Notes under the pieces: generated by a model
The model's input: the letters and a program-made list of their open reading frames with translations, nothing else
What the model was told of the DNA's origin: nothing
Database searches by the model: none
NCBI GenBank assembly: GCA_004431415.1
Contig: QPMI01000145.1
Location: 1 to 64,000, forward strand
DNA from: Cyanophora paradoxa CCMP329
Taxonomy: Eukaryota; Plantae; Glaucophyta
Reading direction: 5' to 3'
DNA: 64,000 nucleotides
Translations under genes and position numbers: made by a program
In this document: positions 36,801 through 48,500 of the stretch, one piece after another
How the letters are laid out: every line of letters starts with the position of its first letter
Position numbering within the stretch: the stretch's first letter is position 1

Positions 36801-39800
36801 AATCCGAGTCCTTCCCGCTGTCCGGCGGCGCGTCCGTGAACGCCACGGGCGGACAGGCGCCGCCCAGCGTCGAATTCCGGTGCGCTCTTTGAAGCGCAGC
36901 CTTCTGTCTGTGCCTTTGCCGACGGGCGGCTCCTCGGGCAGGCGGCGGCGGGCGCTGGGCTTCCCCGCCGTCAAGAGCGGGGAGGAGGCCTTCATCTCCT
37001 GGGGCAACAACGTGCGCTCCGCGAGCCCACCCGCACCCCCCGCGCCATAGAAAGCAGCTCTTGATGGCGGCCCCCTCCTGGTCGCTTTTTGACGGCCCCG
37101 CGATACCGCCCGCCCGCCCCGCGCTCTTCGCCTCGTCCCGATCGCCTCGCGCGCGCGAGCAGGTCGTGCTCTCGATCGGGATCGTGCTGCTGGCGGCGGC
37201 CGTGCGGGCACTCATGGCGCTCCTGACCCGCCGCTGGTCCGCCTCGCGCCGCGTCCCGCCCATCTTCCGATTCCCCCAGGTGCCGTTCATTGATTCGTTC
37301 ACTGCGTTCCGTTCTCGCCTTGCATCGCGCCTCCGTCGTTCAAGCATAATCGCGCTCTAATCCTATCGATCTAATGCAATGTAACTAACTAGTCTACTCC
37401 ACAATCTGATCCAGTCTGACTCCCTTTCCTTATATTAGCTGGAGCTGGTGGCGTACACGGCGGTCTACTGCGGGATGGCCTCCTCCTCCCTCGAGGCCCT
37501 CCAGTCCGGCTCCGTCGGCCAGCGCGCCACCGTCGCCGTCTTCGCCGTGCTCCCTTCCCCACTTCCTTCCTTCTGCTCCGCCTTCTTCTGAGGCGGGCGG
37601 GGGCCCGGGGCCAGGTGCTGGCGCTGGTGGGGTACGTCTCGATCGTCGGCTACGTCCTCTGGCGCCGCATCGCCCGCGACTCCGACCTCGTCTACGAGGC
37701 AAGCGCCTGCCCGCTCTTTTAAAGCCTTAAGCGCCCGCTCCTAAAGGTTCTTTGAAGGTTTTTAGATTGATAGCCTTGAAGCTTAACATCCTATCATAGC
37801 CATCTAATAATTCAGTGATCCCTCGGGTTCTCCTTGCACCTGACTCTGCCTTCCTTGCGCAGGACCCGCGGGAGCGCGACCCGCTTGGGGCGATGAGCCC
37901 GCAGCTCATCATCCGCGCCGGCGGCCTCCGCGTCCACCCGGAGCCCCTCGGCGGCACCGAGAAGGGGCCCCGGGTCCGCCCGCCCGCCCGCCCGCACGCC
38001 CGGCCGCTCCACTCGGATTGCTTGCGCCGATCCCGTCCCGTCCCGCGCTGACCTGGCGCCCCCAGACGATCCAGGTGGCACCAGCGACGGTGAATCTCGA
38101 GACGGTGCGGAAGCGTGTAGAAGACTCGCAGGACTCATTACTGAGTTCGAACCTGATGCGACGGCATGGCGGCCAGGTGCGGGAGCGGCTGGCGGACCTG
38201 GAAAAGAAGCCGCCGCGCCTCCGGCGCTCCTGGCGCGGCGGGCGGCCGCCACCCGTGCTCGAGGTCCAGCCGCCCCCGGAGGACAAGGACAAGGAGCGGC
38301 GGTCCCTGCCCCGGGTGAGTGAGAGAGAGAAGCCCGGCCCGTCTGATCGCCGGGCGACTCCCGTCCCATCGAGGCGTAGCGCGACGCAACTGAACGGAAC
38401 GCGCGGGGGCAGAGCAAGAGCGTGCGGCGGTACGCGCAGGAGGCGGTGATGAGCGACCCGGAGGGGTACAGGCGCGAGGGCGAGGACGACGACCACCTCC
38501 ACCTCGCCTCCCGCTCCAGGTCCGCCACTATAGAACTCAAAACCGAACATCCACGCTTCCACCTCGAAACTAGCACTCGAAATTAGCACACAGTCTAATC
38601 AACTCGCGAGCTCGAATCTGATTTCACGATTCGAACTCCGCAGCGTGTCGGGCGGGTCGTCGCCGGGGCGCTCCCCGCGCGGCTTCGCGATGTCCCCGGC
38701 CGCCTTCATGCGGCCGGGCAGGCCCGGGGAGCCCGGGGAGGGGACGCGGAGCCCGCCCTCGCTGCCCCTCGACGCCGCCTCGCTGACCGCCTCGCCGGCG
38801 GCCCCCGCCGCCCCCTCCTCCGAGCCCCAGGTGCGGCCTCGACGCGCTTAGCTTAAGCCTGCTATGGTATTAGAGAAAGCGGGGCGCGCGAACGGGTTGT
38901 TCTTCGGATCGTGTCTGATGGGGCGAGCGCAGTCGGTGGTGGTGTCGGGCCCGCCGTCGCGGGCGGGGACGGCGGCGCGGCGCTCGCGGTGGCGCGGGGC
39001 CGCCTGGGCCCTCGTCCTCCAGCCCCGCGACTTCTTCCACCCCAGTGCGCCCTCTGCTTCTTCTTCTGCTTCTTCTTCTTCGTCTTTTAAGCATCTTCTA
39101 GAATCGTGTCTTCTATGTGTCTTCTAGAAGTATAAGCGATATAAGCAGCTCCTCCATGCTTTCTGGAAACCTTCCTGCGCTCTTTGCTTTGAAACGCCGC
39201 TCTACTCTCCCGCAATCTATAAGGGTTCTTTAAGCTCACTTCTGAGTGCACTCATTCGAAATTCGAACCGGCTCTGAAATGTGGGTTGGCAGGCAAGCCG
39301 GTGGCGGCGGGGGAGTACATGACTGCGGCGCTGGCGAAGACGCTGACGCGGGAGCGGGGGGCCTTCGCGCCCAACTCGCCCCGCACGGCCGAGCGCGCCC
39401 GCCGGCGCTGGCGCGACGCCATCCGCGCCGTCCTCGCGCAGCTGTACCCCGCCAAGTACGCCGACCGCTCCCGCTTCTACTACACCGCCGCCCTCCAGGT
39501 CCGATCCCGTACCCCTCCCCCTCCCCTCCCTCTGGCTTCCTTTGGCCCGCCCCCTCTGAGTCGGCGCAGGCGGCAGCGGCCGCGAACGACGCCGTGAAGC
39601 GCGCCGCCGCCGCCATCGCCCAGCCCGGTGCGCCCCTCTTACATCTTTTAATAAAGGAACAACGTCTTATCGATATATCTTTCCGTATCTTCTATATATC
39701 TCACGCCTCTGCTTGTTGCGCGCAGGGGGCCGCTGGACGGCGACGCACAGCCGCGCGACCTCCTCCGAGCGGCGCTTCCGGCGGCACTCGATCGCGGTCT

Positions 39801-41414
39801 CGCCGGCCCCGTTCCAGCGGGGGCCCGGGCCGGGTGGCGCGGGGCCGCCCATGATCGTCGAGGAGGACGAGGACGAGGAGCGGCCCGGTGCCCTCCAGGC
39901 AAGCGAGCGCTCTCGCAGAAGTCCCATAGAACCTCTTCGAGAACACCAACGAGCTCTTAATATACCGAGCAAGCAAACAAGAAGACCTGCCTGACCTCCT
40001 GACCGCCCCGCCCCGCCCCGCCCCGCCCCTGCTCGCCCCGCAGGCGCTGGGGTTCCTGTACGAGGACTTCCGCATGCGCCGCCTCGCCTTCCTCTGCGGC
40101 AGTGCGCATGCTCCGTCCCGCCCCGCCCGCCCCCCCCCCCCCCCCCCCCCCCCCGCCGCCTCGCCCGCCCCGCGCCCCTTTCCTTTGGACGACCCCCCTC
40201 CGCGGGCACGCCTGATATCGGCCCCCCCCCCTACCTTCCCCGCGCCCCGCGCCCCTTTGGGCGACCCGGCGGCTCCTAAAACGCCCGCCCCACCGCCCTC
40301 GCGCCCCGCCCCGCCGCCCCTTGTCACGCCGCCTTCGGCCCGCTGACGCCGGGCCGCCCCGGGCAGCGTTCCGGATGGCGAAGTTCCTGCTGCAGGCGGC
40401 CACCGTCCACTGCGTCCCCGAGCCCGCCTCCCAGGTGCCCCGGGGCCCTCCCTCTCTTAGAAGATTCTATCGGACCCTCTGCATTAGATTCTATCAGACC
40501 CTTTAAAGATTCAAGCCTATCCCCTCCTCCGGCCCCGCCCCTCCCCGCCTCGCCCTGGCCTCGCTGAGGCGCGGGGCGGGGCGGCAGGCGGCGCTGCTGG
40601 CGGGGCTCGAGCTGCTCTTCCTGGCGTACTACCTGTGGTCCCGCCCCCACAGCGTCCTCGCCGTCAACATCCTCGTGCGCCCGAGCCTCGCCCTACGCTG
40701 CTTGAGCCGTCCTTCTCCTCAAGCGCGGGGCAGGCGGTGGTGGTGAGCGTGGGGCAGACGGCCTTCTACGCCCTCGCCTACCTCTACCTCTTCGGTCCGA
40801 CCCCGCCCGCCCCGCCCCGACCCCGCTCCGCCCTGACACGCATTAATATTCGCTCCGCCCCTTGCCTGCCTTCTCCGCAGGAATCGTGGCGAGCAAGGCG
40901 GCGGGGGCGGCGATGACGCTGTGCGCCCTCGTCGTCGCCGGCGCCCTCATCGCCTTCGGCCTCTTCGTCCAGGCCCGCCCGCCCCTTCCGCGTTGGATTC
41001 TATTAGACCCTTCGAAGATTCTATTCTACTCTCCTCCTCCTTTCAGCTGCTCCTTCCTTTTCGTTCCTGCCCTCTAGACATTTGCATTGGATTCAAGGAG
41101 ATTCTGATCCATCCTCCCCCCCCTTCCGTCAATTTATTCTCGCCTCCGCTCGCCTCCGCTCGGTTTCCTAAATCAGCCTGCCCGCAGATCCCGATCCTGG
41201 CGCGGGCGCTGTACAAGGCGGTGCGGGAGGCGATCATCGTGCACGGCGAGGACCTCTACGTCTGGCTCGTCGAGCGCCGCTTCGGATTCCGCTGGGTGCG
41301 ATGTCGTTGTTACTGTTTCCCTGCTCCCCTGCGCCAAGTTCTAGTTCTAGATCCGCTTCTTCGCTCGTCCTTCTTTAATATGATCGTCTGCAGTGGCGCA
41401 TGGGGCGGCACTAG
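24848..41414 (+). CDS. Giant cell-surface protein: signal/anchor, propeller-like N-terminus, about 32 fibronectin type III domains, TRP-like (Flc/Pkd2-type) multipass C-terminus
   Basis: Hydrophobic leader CVLVFVAALAPAALAQW. NHL-like blades (VSYNPTSKLVYVADG, GVAVDST). About 91-aa PxPPxxP...P.DDGG..I....IFRNG...T.Y.Y....N..G.S units from 26670 to 36330. Membrane region with LGHVQWVALTSKM..P..YGNFARSMTW and LGFLYEDFR. Likely stop TAG at 41412-41414. Confidence 0.8.
27665..33898 (+). repeat. 604-bp tandem repeat, about 10.3 copies; unit = 546-nt exon (182 aa, two FN3 domains) + 58-nt GT-AG intron
   Basis: ORF starts recur every 604 bp (27899, 28503, 29107 ... 33335). The first intron is 27862-27919 (GTACGAG...GCACAG) and recurs at +604 steps to 33298. 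Splicing gives a continuous frame YSYT|VTMTNAIGES. Confidence 0.95.
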
Positions 41415-42494
41415 CGCGGCCTTGAATTCGTCTCTTTGTTCAGCTTCTCCTCCCCCTTCTTGCCCTCCGCATTCCCCCATATTTGCTCGTGATTTATTGG
41501 AGCAGCGTGCATTGGAGATGATGGTAGTTTACGGTTTTCGAGATGATAGTTTACGGTTGCAATTGGGATGTAGTTTTCACTTTAGTGGGGTCCAGGTCTC
41601 CATCTCGTTGTACATGTGCACATTAATTTCCTTTGCATGTAGAGTTAGCGCGCATTGTATCGCAAGTGCAAGCCATGTATTAGCTAGCGCCTTGCATACG
41701 TACGACCATGCAAATATAAATACATCGTGAACTCTAAGTTTACGTCCTAGGCCTGGCCGGGCCTTTTTAAGCAAGTGCTTTTATTTAATTCCTCGCGCGG
41801 CAGGCCTAGGGCCTCCCCTTTCCCGCCTCGTATGCCTTGCGCATGCGCATGCCGCAGTGCGCTTCACCTCCTCCCCGGGGCCCTTAAGCCTCCCTCGCAC
41901 GTGCACTGCTTGTACTTGATTCGATTTATTTAATTTATATTAATTATATATCACATCGAGGCTGATCGATCGATCATGATCACGATCATTATTTAGATCT
42001 AGATCTTGATCTGCCATATGCATGCACGCGTGCGTGCACGTGCACCGTACGTACGCGTGGGCCGTGGCACGCGCACGTTAACGAAGCTATTTAATTATAT
42101 TATATTCGACGCCGCACGTTTCGAGCTCGCGATCGTTGTTTGAAATTTGCTGCACTTGCTCAAAGGCTTCTAGAGCACATAATTTCTAAATCGATTCGAC
42201 CGAAGCCCCCGGCCCAAGGCCGCGCAGCCCGTGCACCTGCACTGCCGCAGTGCGCATGCGGCAGCCGGCCCCTATCCCATTTCACTGAGTCAAACGTTAA
42301 CCCAGCGCCTGCATTTAATTTGCGCTCATCGCTGAGTCATGGTACATGTTATATTATAAATTGCACAATCATCTTAGTATGCACTTCACATCGATTACAC
42401 TGCCTGCAAGGCTGATCGTCAGGGGGGGCGAGCCCCCTATATATATATAGAGCTATGTCGAAGGATGCCAGCTGCAGCTGTCGCCGTGGGCGGC

Positions 42495-43960
42495 TTAGGC
42501 GTCGATGGCCTCGGCGCACTCGGCAGCGGCGGCCTCGGCGACGAGCTCGAGCTCGTCCGCCGTGTACTCGTCATCGAAGTCGTTCTCCTCGGCCGCCGGC
42601 TCCTCGGCGCCGGCCGAGCAGGTGACATTCGGGTTGCGGGTGAACGAGGAGACGATGTCGAGCGACTCGATCTGCCCGGCCGCGCGCGGGGAGAAAGCGG
42701 TCAGCACAAGCGTGTACATGCGCGTATATACGTAATAATCGTTCGCCGGGGCGGGTGCTGCGCACGTCCTTGACGGCGGCAATGACGTTCTCCTCAGAGG
42801 AGTTGATCGCAGGGACGACCTCCTTGATGGCATCAAGGATGCTGTTCGTCGCCTCCGTGATCTGCTGCTGCAGCGGGCTGAGGTCGACCTGCGCGGTCCC
42901 GTTCGGGTTTCGGTGCAGCGCCGTCAGCGGGGCGTGCGCGGGTCGCGGGGTCGGGGCAGCGAGGCGCACGCTGGGGCACTTGGGGATGTCGCAGGGGCAG
43001 ACGGTCTCGGACGCCGCCGCCGCGTCCTGCGCCTCCTCCGCGTTCTTGTGGCCGCCGCAGTTGACCCACCTGCGCGCCGCCGTTAGGCAAGTGGGGGCCG
43101 ATTCAGGAGTGCTAGTCTTGGGAGCAATTGCAACGCGCACTCGTTGATGCCGAGCTTGCCGTCGCCGTCGCCGTTCGCGAACTTGGCATCGGAGCGAGCC
43201 TTGGTCGCTGGGGGCAGCGCGCGCGCGCGTACGCGTGAGAACAAGATCATGATCAGCGACGTCGACGTGCGGCGGGGGCCGGCGGACCATCGTACACGGA
43301 GATCTGCAGGGCAATTGCAAGCAATAAGCATTAATACGCGAACGCGCATGGATTTCAGGCCGGGCAGATCTATAGCTAGATCTATAGCTATAGCTAGATG
43401 TCGGGCACGGGCACGCGGACCAGGTCCTTGACAGAGCCGGTGATGCCCTGCTTGGCGAAGAAGCTCTCCAGCTCCGCCGCGGTGAGGGTGTTGTCGCCGT
43501 TCGCGTCGATGGCGCGGAAGTCGCTCGGGTGGCCCTGCGCAAAACGTCCGCATCCGATGATCAGTCGGTGCGCGCGTTTCGCGGCCGGTCCCTGAGCTAG
43601 CGCCCAGCGGCTCGCGTCTGAAGCGCAGGCGGACCTGGAAGTCGAAGTTCTCCTTCAGCGCCGCCTCAATGACACCCTTGGCCTGGGCCCTGCGCAGGCG
43701 CACGCGCGTCTTAAGAGAGTCCAGCCGTACGCGTTAAAGCCATCCATCTGCACGCACGCATCATTGCCGTCGGCAGCCTGGTAGTCGACGTGCTTCTTGA
43801 CATCCTGGCACTTGTCCTGCGCCGATCACGAGGGCGGCCGCGGCGGCGTCAGCGACACTGACAATATTTATGGGCTCTGCCAGGCTGAGACCAGGGAAAC
43901 GCGCATGCGCGCGCGAGCTTAGAGAGCGCATCAGCACAGGCTTACCACAGCGTTGCCCAT
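42495..43960 (-). CDS. EF-hand calcium-binding protein with acidic tail (multi-exon)
   Basis: ATG GGC AAC GCT GTG|GTAAG at 43960. EF loops DANGDNTLTAAE (about 43475-43510) and NGDGDGKLGINE (about 43140-43175). The last exon ends AECAEAIDA-stop. Confidence 0.7.
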
Positions 43961-44204
43961 GTTGCTTGGTTACTGAGGAGAACGAGTGACGACGGATGCG
44001 GAGAAGGCCGAGGGCGCTGCTTGTGCGAACTTCGGAATGAGCGCTGGCGTGAGCGCTGCAGCTTTTCAACCACCCTAGGGGCCCTAGTACCGGTAGGGGG
44101 TGGGGGACAAAAACGTACTGCGGTAACGGCTCCTTGCAGGTCTCCCGGGAGGGGTTGCAACGTGGAAGGAGCCGCTCGATTCAACTCCCCTCGAGCAAGC
44201 GATA

Positions 44205-44455
44205 CCGTAATCCAGAATATTAAGGTCTGCATTTTATTATGTCATCCCCAAATTATGTCGCCGAAAACTTGACATGACGACATAATTTTGAGGACGACAT
44301 AGTAGGGCGTGCTTAGTGCTACCCCCCCAAGTTACCGCCCCATACAAGCCTGAAAATTTCATGCCGACATAATTTGGGGACGTCATATTTCTCATAGAGA
44401 AGGGTCCGGATTTCAATCGACATAAATTTGACCGTCATATTTTCCTGGATTACGG
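44205..44455. mobile_element. MITE, Tc1/mariner (pogo/Tc2-like)
   Basis: TA|CCGTAATCCAG (44203-44215) and CTGGATTACGG|TA (44445-44457) form the TIRs with a TA target duplication. Internal 16-bp inverted repeat TCCCCAAATTATGTCG (44245-44260) / CGACATAATTTGGGGA (44365-44380). Confidence 0.8.
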
Positions 44456-44554
44456 TACCAGCTGCAGGCTGCAGCCTGTGGGCCTGTGGGCCTGTGGCCC
44501 CTGTGCATGGCAGCATGGGGCCATGGGCCACTGGCACCACTGCAGGCTGCATGG

Positions 44555-44680
44555 CCCAGTACTACCCGGGCCAGTACTAGTAGTAGACTACTAGTAGTCT
44601 AGTACTAGACTACAGTACTACATCTAGTACTAGACTAGTACTAGTAGTCTGTCTGGGCTCACAGTACTACCCGGTAGTGG
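44555..44680. repeat. Low-complexity palindromic AGTACT/CTAG/TAGTAG array
   Basis: CAGTACTAGTAGTAGACTACTAGTAGTCTAGTACTAGAC... between the two MITEs. Confidence 0.8.
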
Positions 44681-44703
44681 GCTCTTAGAAGTCTGACTCA
44701 TCA

Positions 44704-45049
44704 GGCTGAAATCCGGCAGGGCGTTTTAGGCCAAATCTTAGCTAATCGCAGGTACTTAGCGCGTTTGCAGAGGTACCATTACGGCATTACGGAACATGTT
44801 AGAGGTTTTACAAGCTATAGCTAGCGAATTCGAACTTAGCGAAGTGCGATTTGCTAAGTTTCTTATAAGATTTTGCGCTTTGGCCATACCGGCGCCAAGG
44901 CCAACTTCGAAAATTCGCTAGCTTCAAGCAAACCTCTACGATGGTGCTCCTAGTAATTCGCTAGGAGTCGGACTAGTCCGAGTCGGAACTAGCTAGCGAC
45001 GAAAGCTTAAGCTAAAACCGCTTAAGAAATCCCCTGCCGGATTTCAGCC
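44704..45049. mobile_element. MITE, PIF/Harbinger (Tourist-like)
   Basis: Perfect 18-bp TIR GGCTGAAATCCGGCAGGG (44704-44721) / CCCTGCCGGATTTCAGCC (45032-45049), flanked on both sides by a 3-bp TCA duplication. 346 bp, non-coding. Confidence 0.88.
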
Positions 45050-45599
45050 TCAGTGAAGTTCTCTGGAGTTCTAGTACTTAATTAATTATCTTTATATAAG
45101 GGAACCCCCACTTAATTATATAAGGGCCACCTAAAGAAGGGCCCCCTCAGGCCCTCGCTTAAGTATACCGGTACCCGAGACCGGGCATAAATTACGTACC
45201 AGTATATATACCGCGTTATGAATCGCGGCCCGGCCCAGCCCGAAGGTGGCCAAAATATAATACCGCGGTACCAAATTAATTACCGCGTCACAAACTTTTG
45301 TGGCTTCGAATTCCACGTGCACTGGCTTGTATACGTATGGGGCGGTAATTGTGGGGGGTACTGTATGGAGCAACTAAGCAGCAGGTTATTACCGCGATAC
45401 CAAGGTGCTAGCGCTTGCTCCCCTGCTTGTCTAGAGTCCTCTCTCCTCTCGAGTGGATCGCAAGCTTTTAAGTGCACTGCAGGTTGTCAAACGCCTTCTA
45501 TCTTAAGACGATGCATTGAATTCTAAGCACCGTAGCATGGCATCCGATGAATCCAATGACACTATAGCTGGTACTCCGATTGTAAATTCTCAGTACTAG

Positions 45600-48500
45600 C
45601 TACCGGGGCCCGGGCCCGCCGGCGAGGACGACGGAGATGGTCTCAGGGACAGACATCGAATCGCGGGCGACGGCCGTCGCGGCGGCGTCGCCGCAGGGCG
45701 GCAGGTCCCCGTCCGCCACCTGTCGGGCACGCCCCCTTGAGATACTAGAAGACTAGAAGATATTAAGATGCTATGATAATACTAGATATACTAGATGGAA
45801 GAGACTAGATATATATAAGGTGGAGATATAAATAAATAAGATAGAGAAAACGCGGCGCACCTCGATGGCGACGGAGACGGCGCCGCCGGGGGCCACCTCG
45901 AAGCGGACGCTAAAGAGTCCGGTCGCCTGCGGGTGCACCAGCGCGCAGTGGAGCGCCCGCGGCCGCTCCGGCGTCACCTCCACCGTCACGGGCCCCCGCC
46001 GCTGGTCCTCCGCAGTGAACGAGGCGCTCCGCGGCCGCTTCGGGGGCGGCGGCAGCGACGAGGAGCCGGGGCCGCCCTCGTCGAGGCCGCCGGCCGTGCA
46101 CGACGCGAGGAGCTCGCCAAAGGCCAGTTCCTGCGAACGGCGAAGGCGGAATGGGCGAACGAGGGGGGAGCCAAAGGGGGAGAAAAGAGGAGGGGCAGAA
46201 CGGGGGGGCGCCCAGAAGAGCGGCCCTCGAGCAAGCTGACCTGGCGGAGGAGGGCGAGGATGGGGAGGAGCTGACCCCCGTGGGTCATCGGGAGGCGCGA
46301 GACGGCCACCGTCCGCGCCGCCGCCGCGCCGCCCGGCTGCCGCCCGCCCGGCCGGCCGGTCAGGAAACTCGGACACGTGAAGCAGCGAACGGACGGACTG
46401 ACCTGGGAGATGCAGTAGTGGTGGAGGGCGCCGCCGGCGGTGCGGACGCGCACCACCCGCGCGGGGCCCGGCGCCGAAGAGGAGGAGGACGGGGAAGAGG
46501 CGGGGGCGCCCGGGGCGGAGGCGGAGGGGGGGTACACGAGCGCGACGGCCCGGCGGGCGGTCTCGGCGGCCATGCGGACGGGGGGGTCGAGGCGCAGGCA
46601 GAACTGGACGGGGCAGGGGGCCCGCGCCTCGCCCGCCTCGGGGGGGGCCTCGCCCCAGGGGCAATGGCCCAGGAGGGCGCTCACGGAGGAGGAAGAGGAG
46701 GCGTCGGAGGAGGAGGCCGGCGGGGGCGCCGCCGCCAGGCCCGCCGGGCCCATGCTGTTCCCCGGCTCCGGCAGGAGCTGCAGGGGGGCCGCTCAGAGGT
46801 CCGAAGGCGGGGGGGGGGGGGGGGGGGAGGGGGCGAAGGGGCGAGGGGTAGGCGAACCTGGCTGGAGAGGGGTAGGACGACGGGCACGGGCCCTCCTCGG
46901 CTCCGATCTGCGGCGCGCGCGCGCGGGGCCGGCGCTCAGCAACGGGTGCGATTTCGGCAAGAGGGGGGGGGGGGAGGGGAGGAGGAGAGAAGCGAAAAGG
47001 AAAGAGAAATGGGGGGCGGGCGGGGGGGGGGGGGGGGGGCAGCGGTGGTGGGGAAGGGGGGGGGAGGGGGGGGGGGTTCAAGGCTCGGCCAGGGCCCACC
47101 TGCAGGGCGCGGCCGCCGGCCCAGAGCTCCGCCGCCGGATGGGACGACGAGGCCCGCGCCGCCGCCGCCGCCGCCGCCGGAAGCTGCGCGGCGAAAGGTT
47201 GAGCCCCGGGCCCGGTTTCGAATCCGGGCGGGCCCGCTTCGGCTCACGTAGTAGAGCAGGCGTGTGCCGTCGGCGGCGCCCCGCACGAGGCCGTGCCCCC
47301 TCCGCGCCTGTTCCAGCGGCACCGCGCTGTCCGGCGTCCTGGCGGGGGGTACAATCAAAGGGACGCCCACGGGCGCGCGCGGACGGGCGGCGCCGCACCC
47401 CGAGACGATCAGGCTCTGCTCTTCCCTGACCGCGACCTGCGAGGCGGCCGCTCGGGGCTTGGGAGGGGTACGCAAAAGCCAATGGAAAGAAACGCGTACC
47501 CCCGCGACATCGTCGTGGAGGGCCTTCAGGGCCTGCCGCACGCGCGCGGGGGGGTACGCCGTGTCCAGCGCCTCGAGCCGCGTCAGCCCCCTCAGCTGAA
47601 CCGCGAGCTCCTCCAGCTGCGCACGAAGGCGTCGGAAACGGCGTACCCCCGGGTAGGGGGTACGGCACGCGCCTGCCCGCGCCGCAAAAGCTCCGTCAGG
47701 TGCCGGTCCGCGTCGTCGTCCTTGATCTGCGTACCGCCGTGAGAAGTCGTGTACCCCGAGAAAGGGGGTACAGCCCGGCGCGCCTCGAGCTTGTCGGCCG
47801 CGTTGGTGTACGTCAGCTTGGCGCTCTGGATCATCCCGGAGTGGCCGGCCATGATCTGGCGGCGGCGAGCCCAGGCGTCGGCCCGGGGGTACGCGGGAGG
47901 GAGGGGAATGGGGGGAAGGGGGGGGTACGTCGATCAGGATGTTGGTGGTGGCGAGGGTGAGGACGGGCTGCTGGTTGGGGTCATCCCGCCTTGGCGTCGA
48001 GCGGGGCCGACTGGGGCTCGCGTGCGGGCTGCTGCCCGGCGCCACGTGCCCCTCGCCCTCCCCGTCTGGGCGGCAGAGCACAGGTTGGAGGCGGTCGGCA
48101 GCGGGGCGCGGGGGGGTACGCACGGCCTCCGGGGGGCGCCTCGATCTCGGCGTGGAAGACGCTGTACCCAGAGTCCTTCGCGACGGCCTCCACGCGGCGG
48201 ATGAGCGCGCGCGCCGCCTCCTGCGGCCCGCCCGGCGCGCCCTTCGCGCTGCCGTCCGCCGCCGCCTCTTCCGAGCGCTGCTGAACCATCTCCGCGCACT
48301 GCTGCAGCGACTTCTGCAGCGTCTGCACTCGCTCCGCCAGCTGCATGCGGTCCTGCGGCGCGGGCGGTCGGCGGGCGGCGGGCGGCGCCGAGCGCGGCGA
48401 GCGCGGCGGCCCGGCGGCTCGGAGGCGCGCGCCTTGTTGTGGCTAAGGAACTTCGTGACTGCTGTCTCGGACTCCGCGGCCGCCCAGCCGCGCAGCTGGG

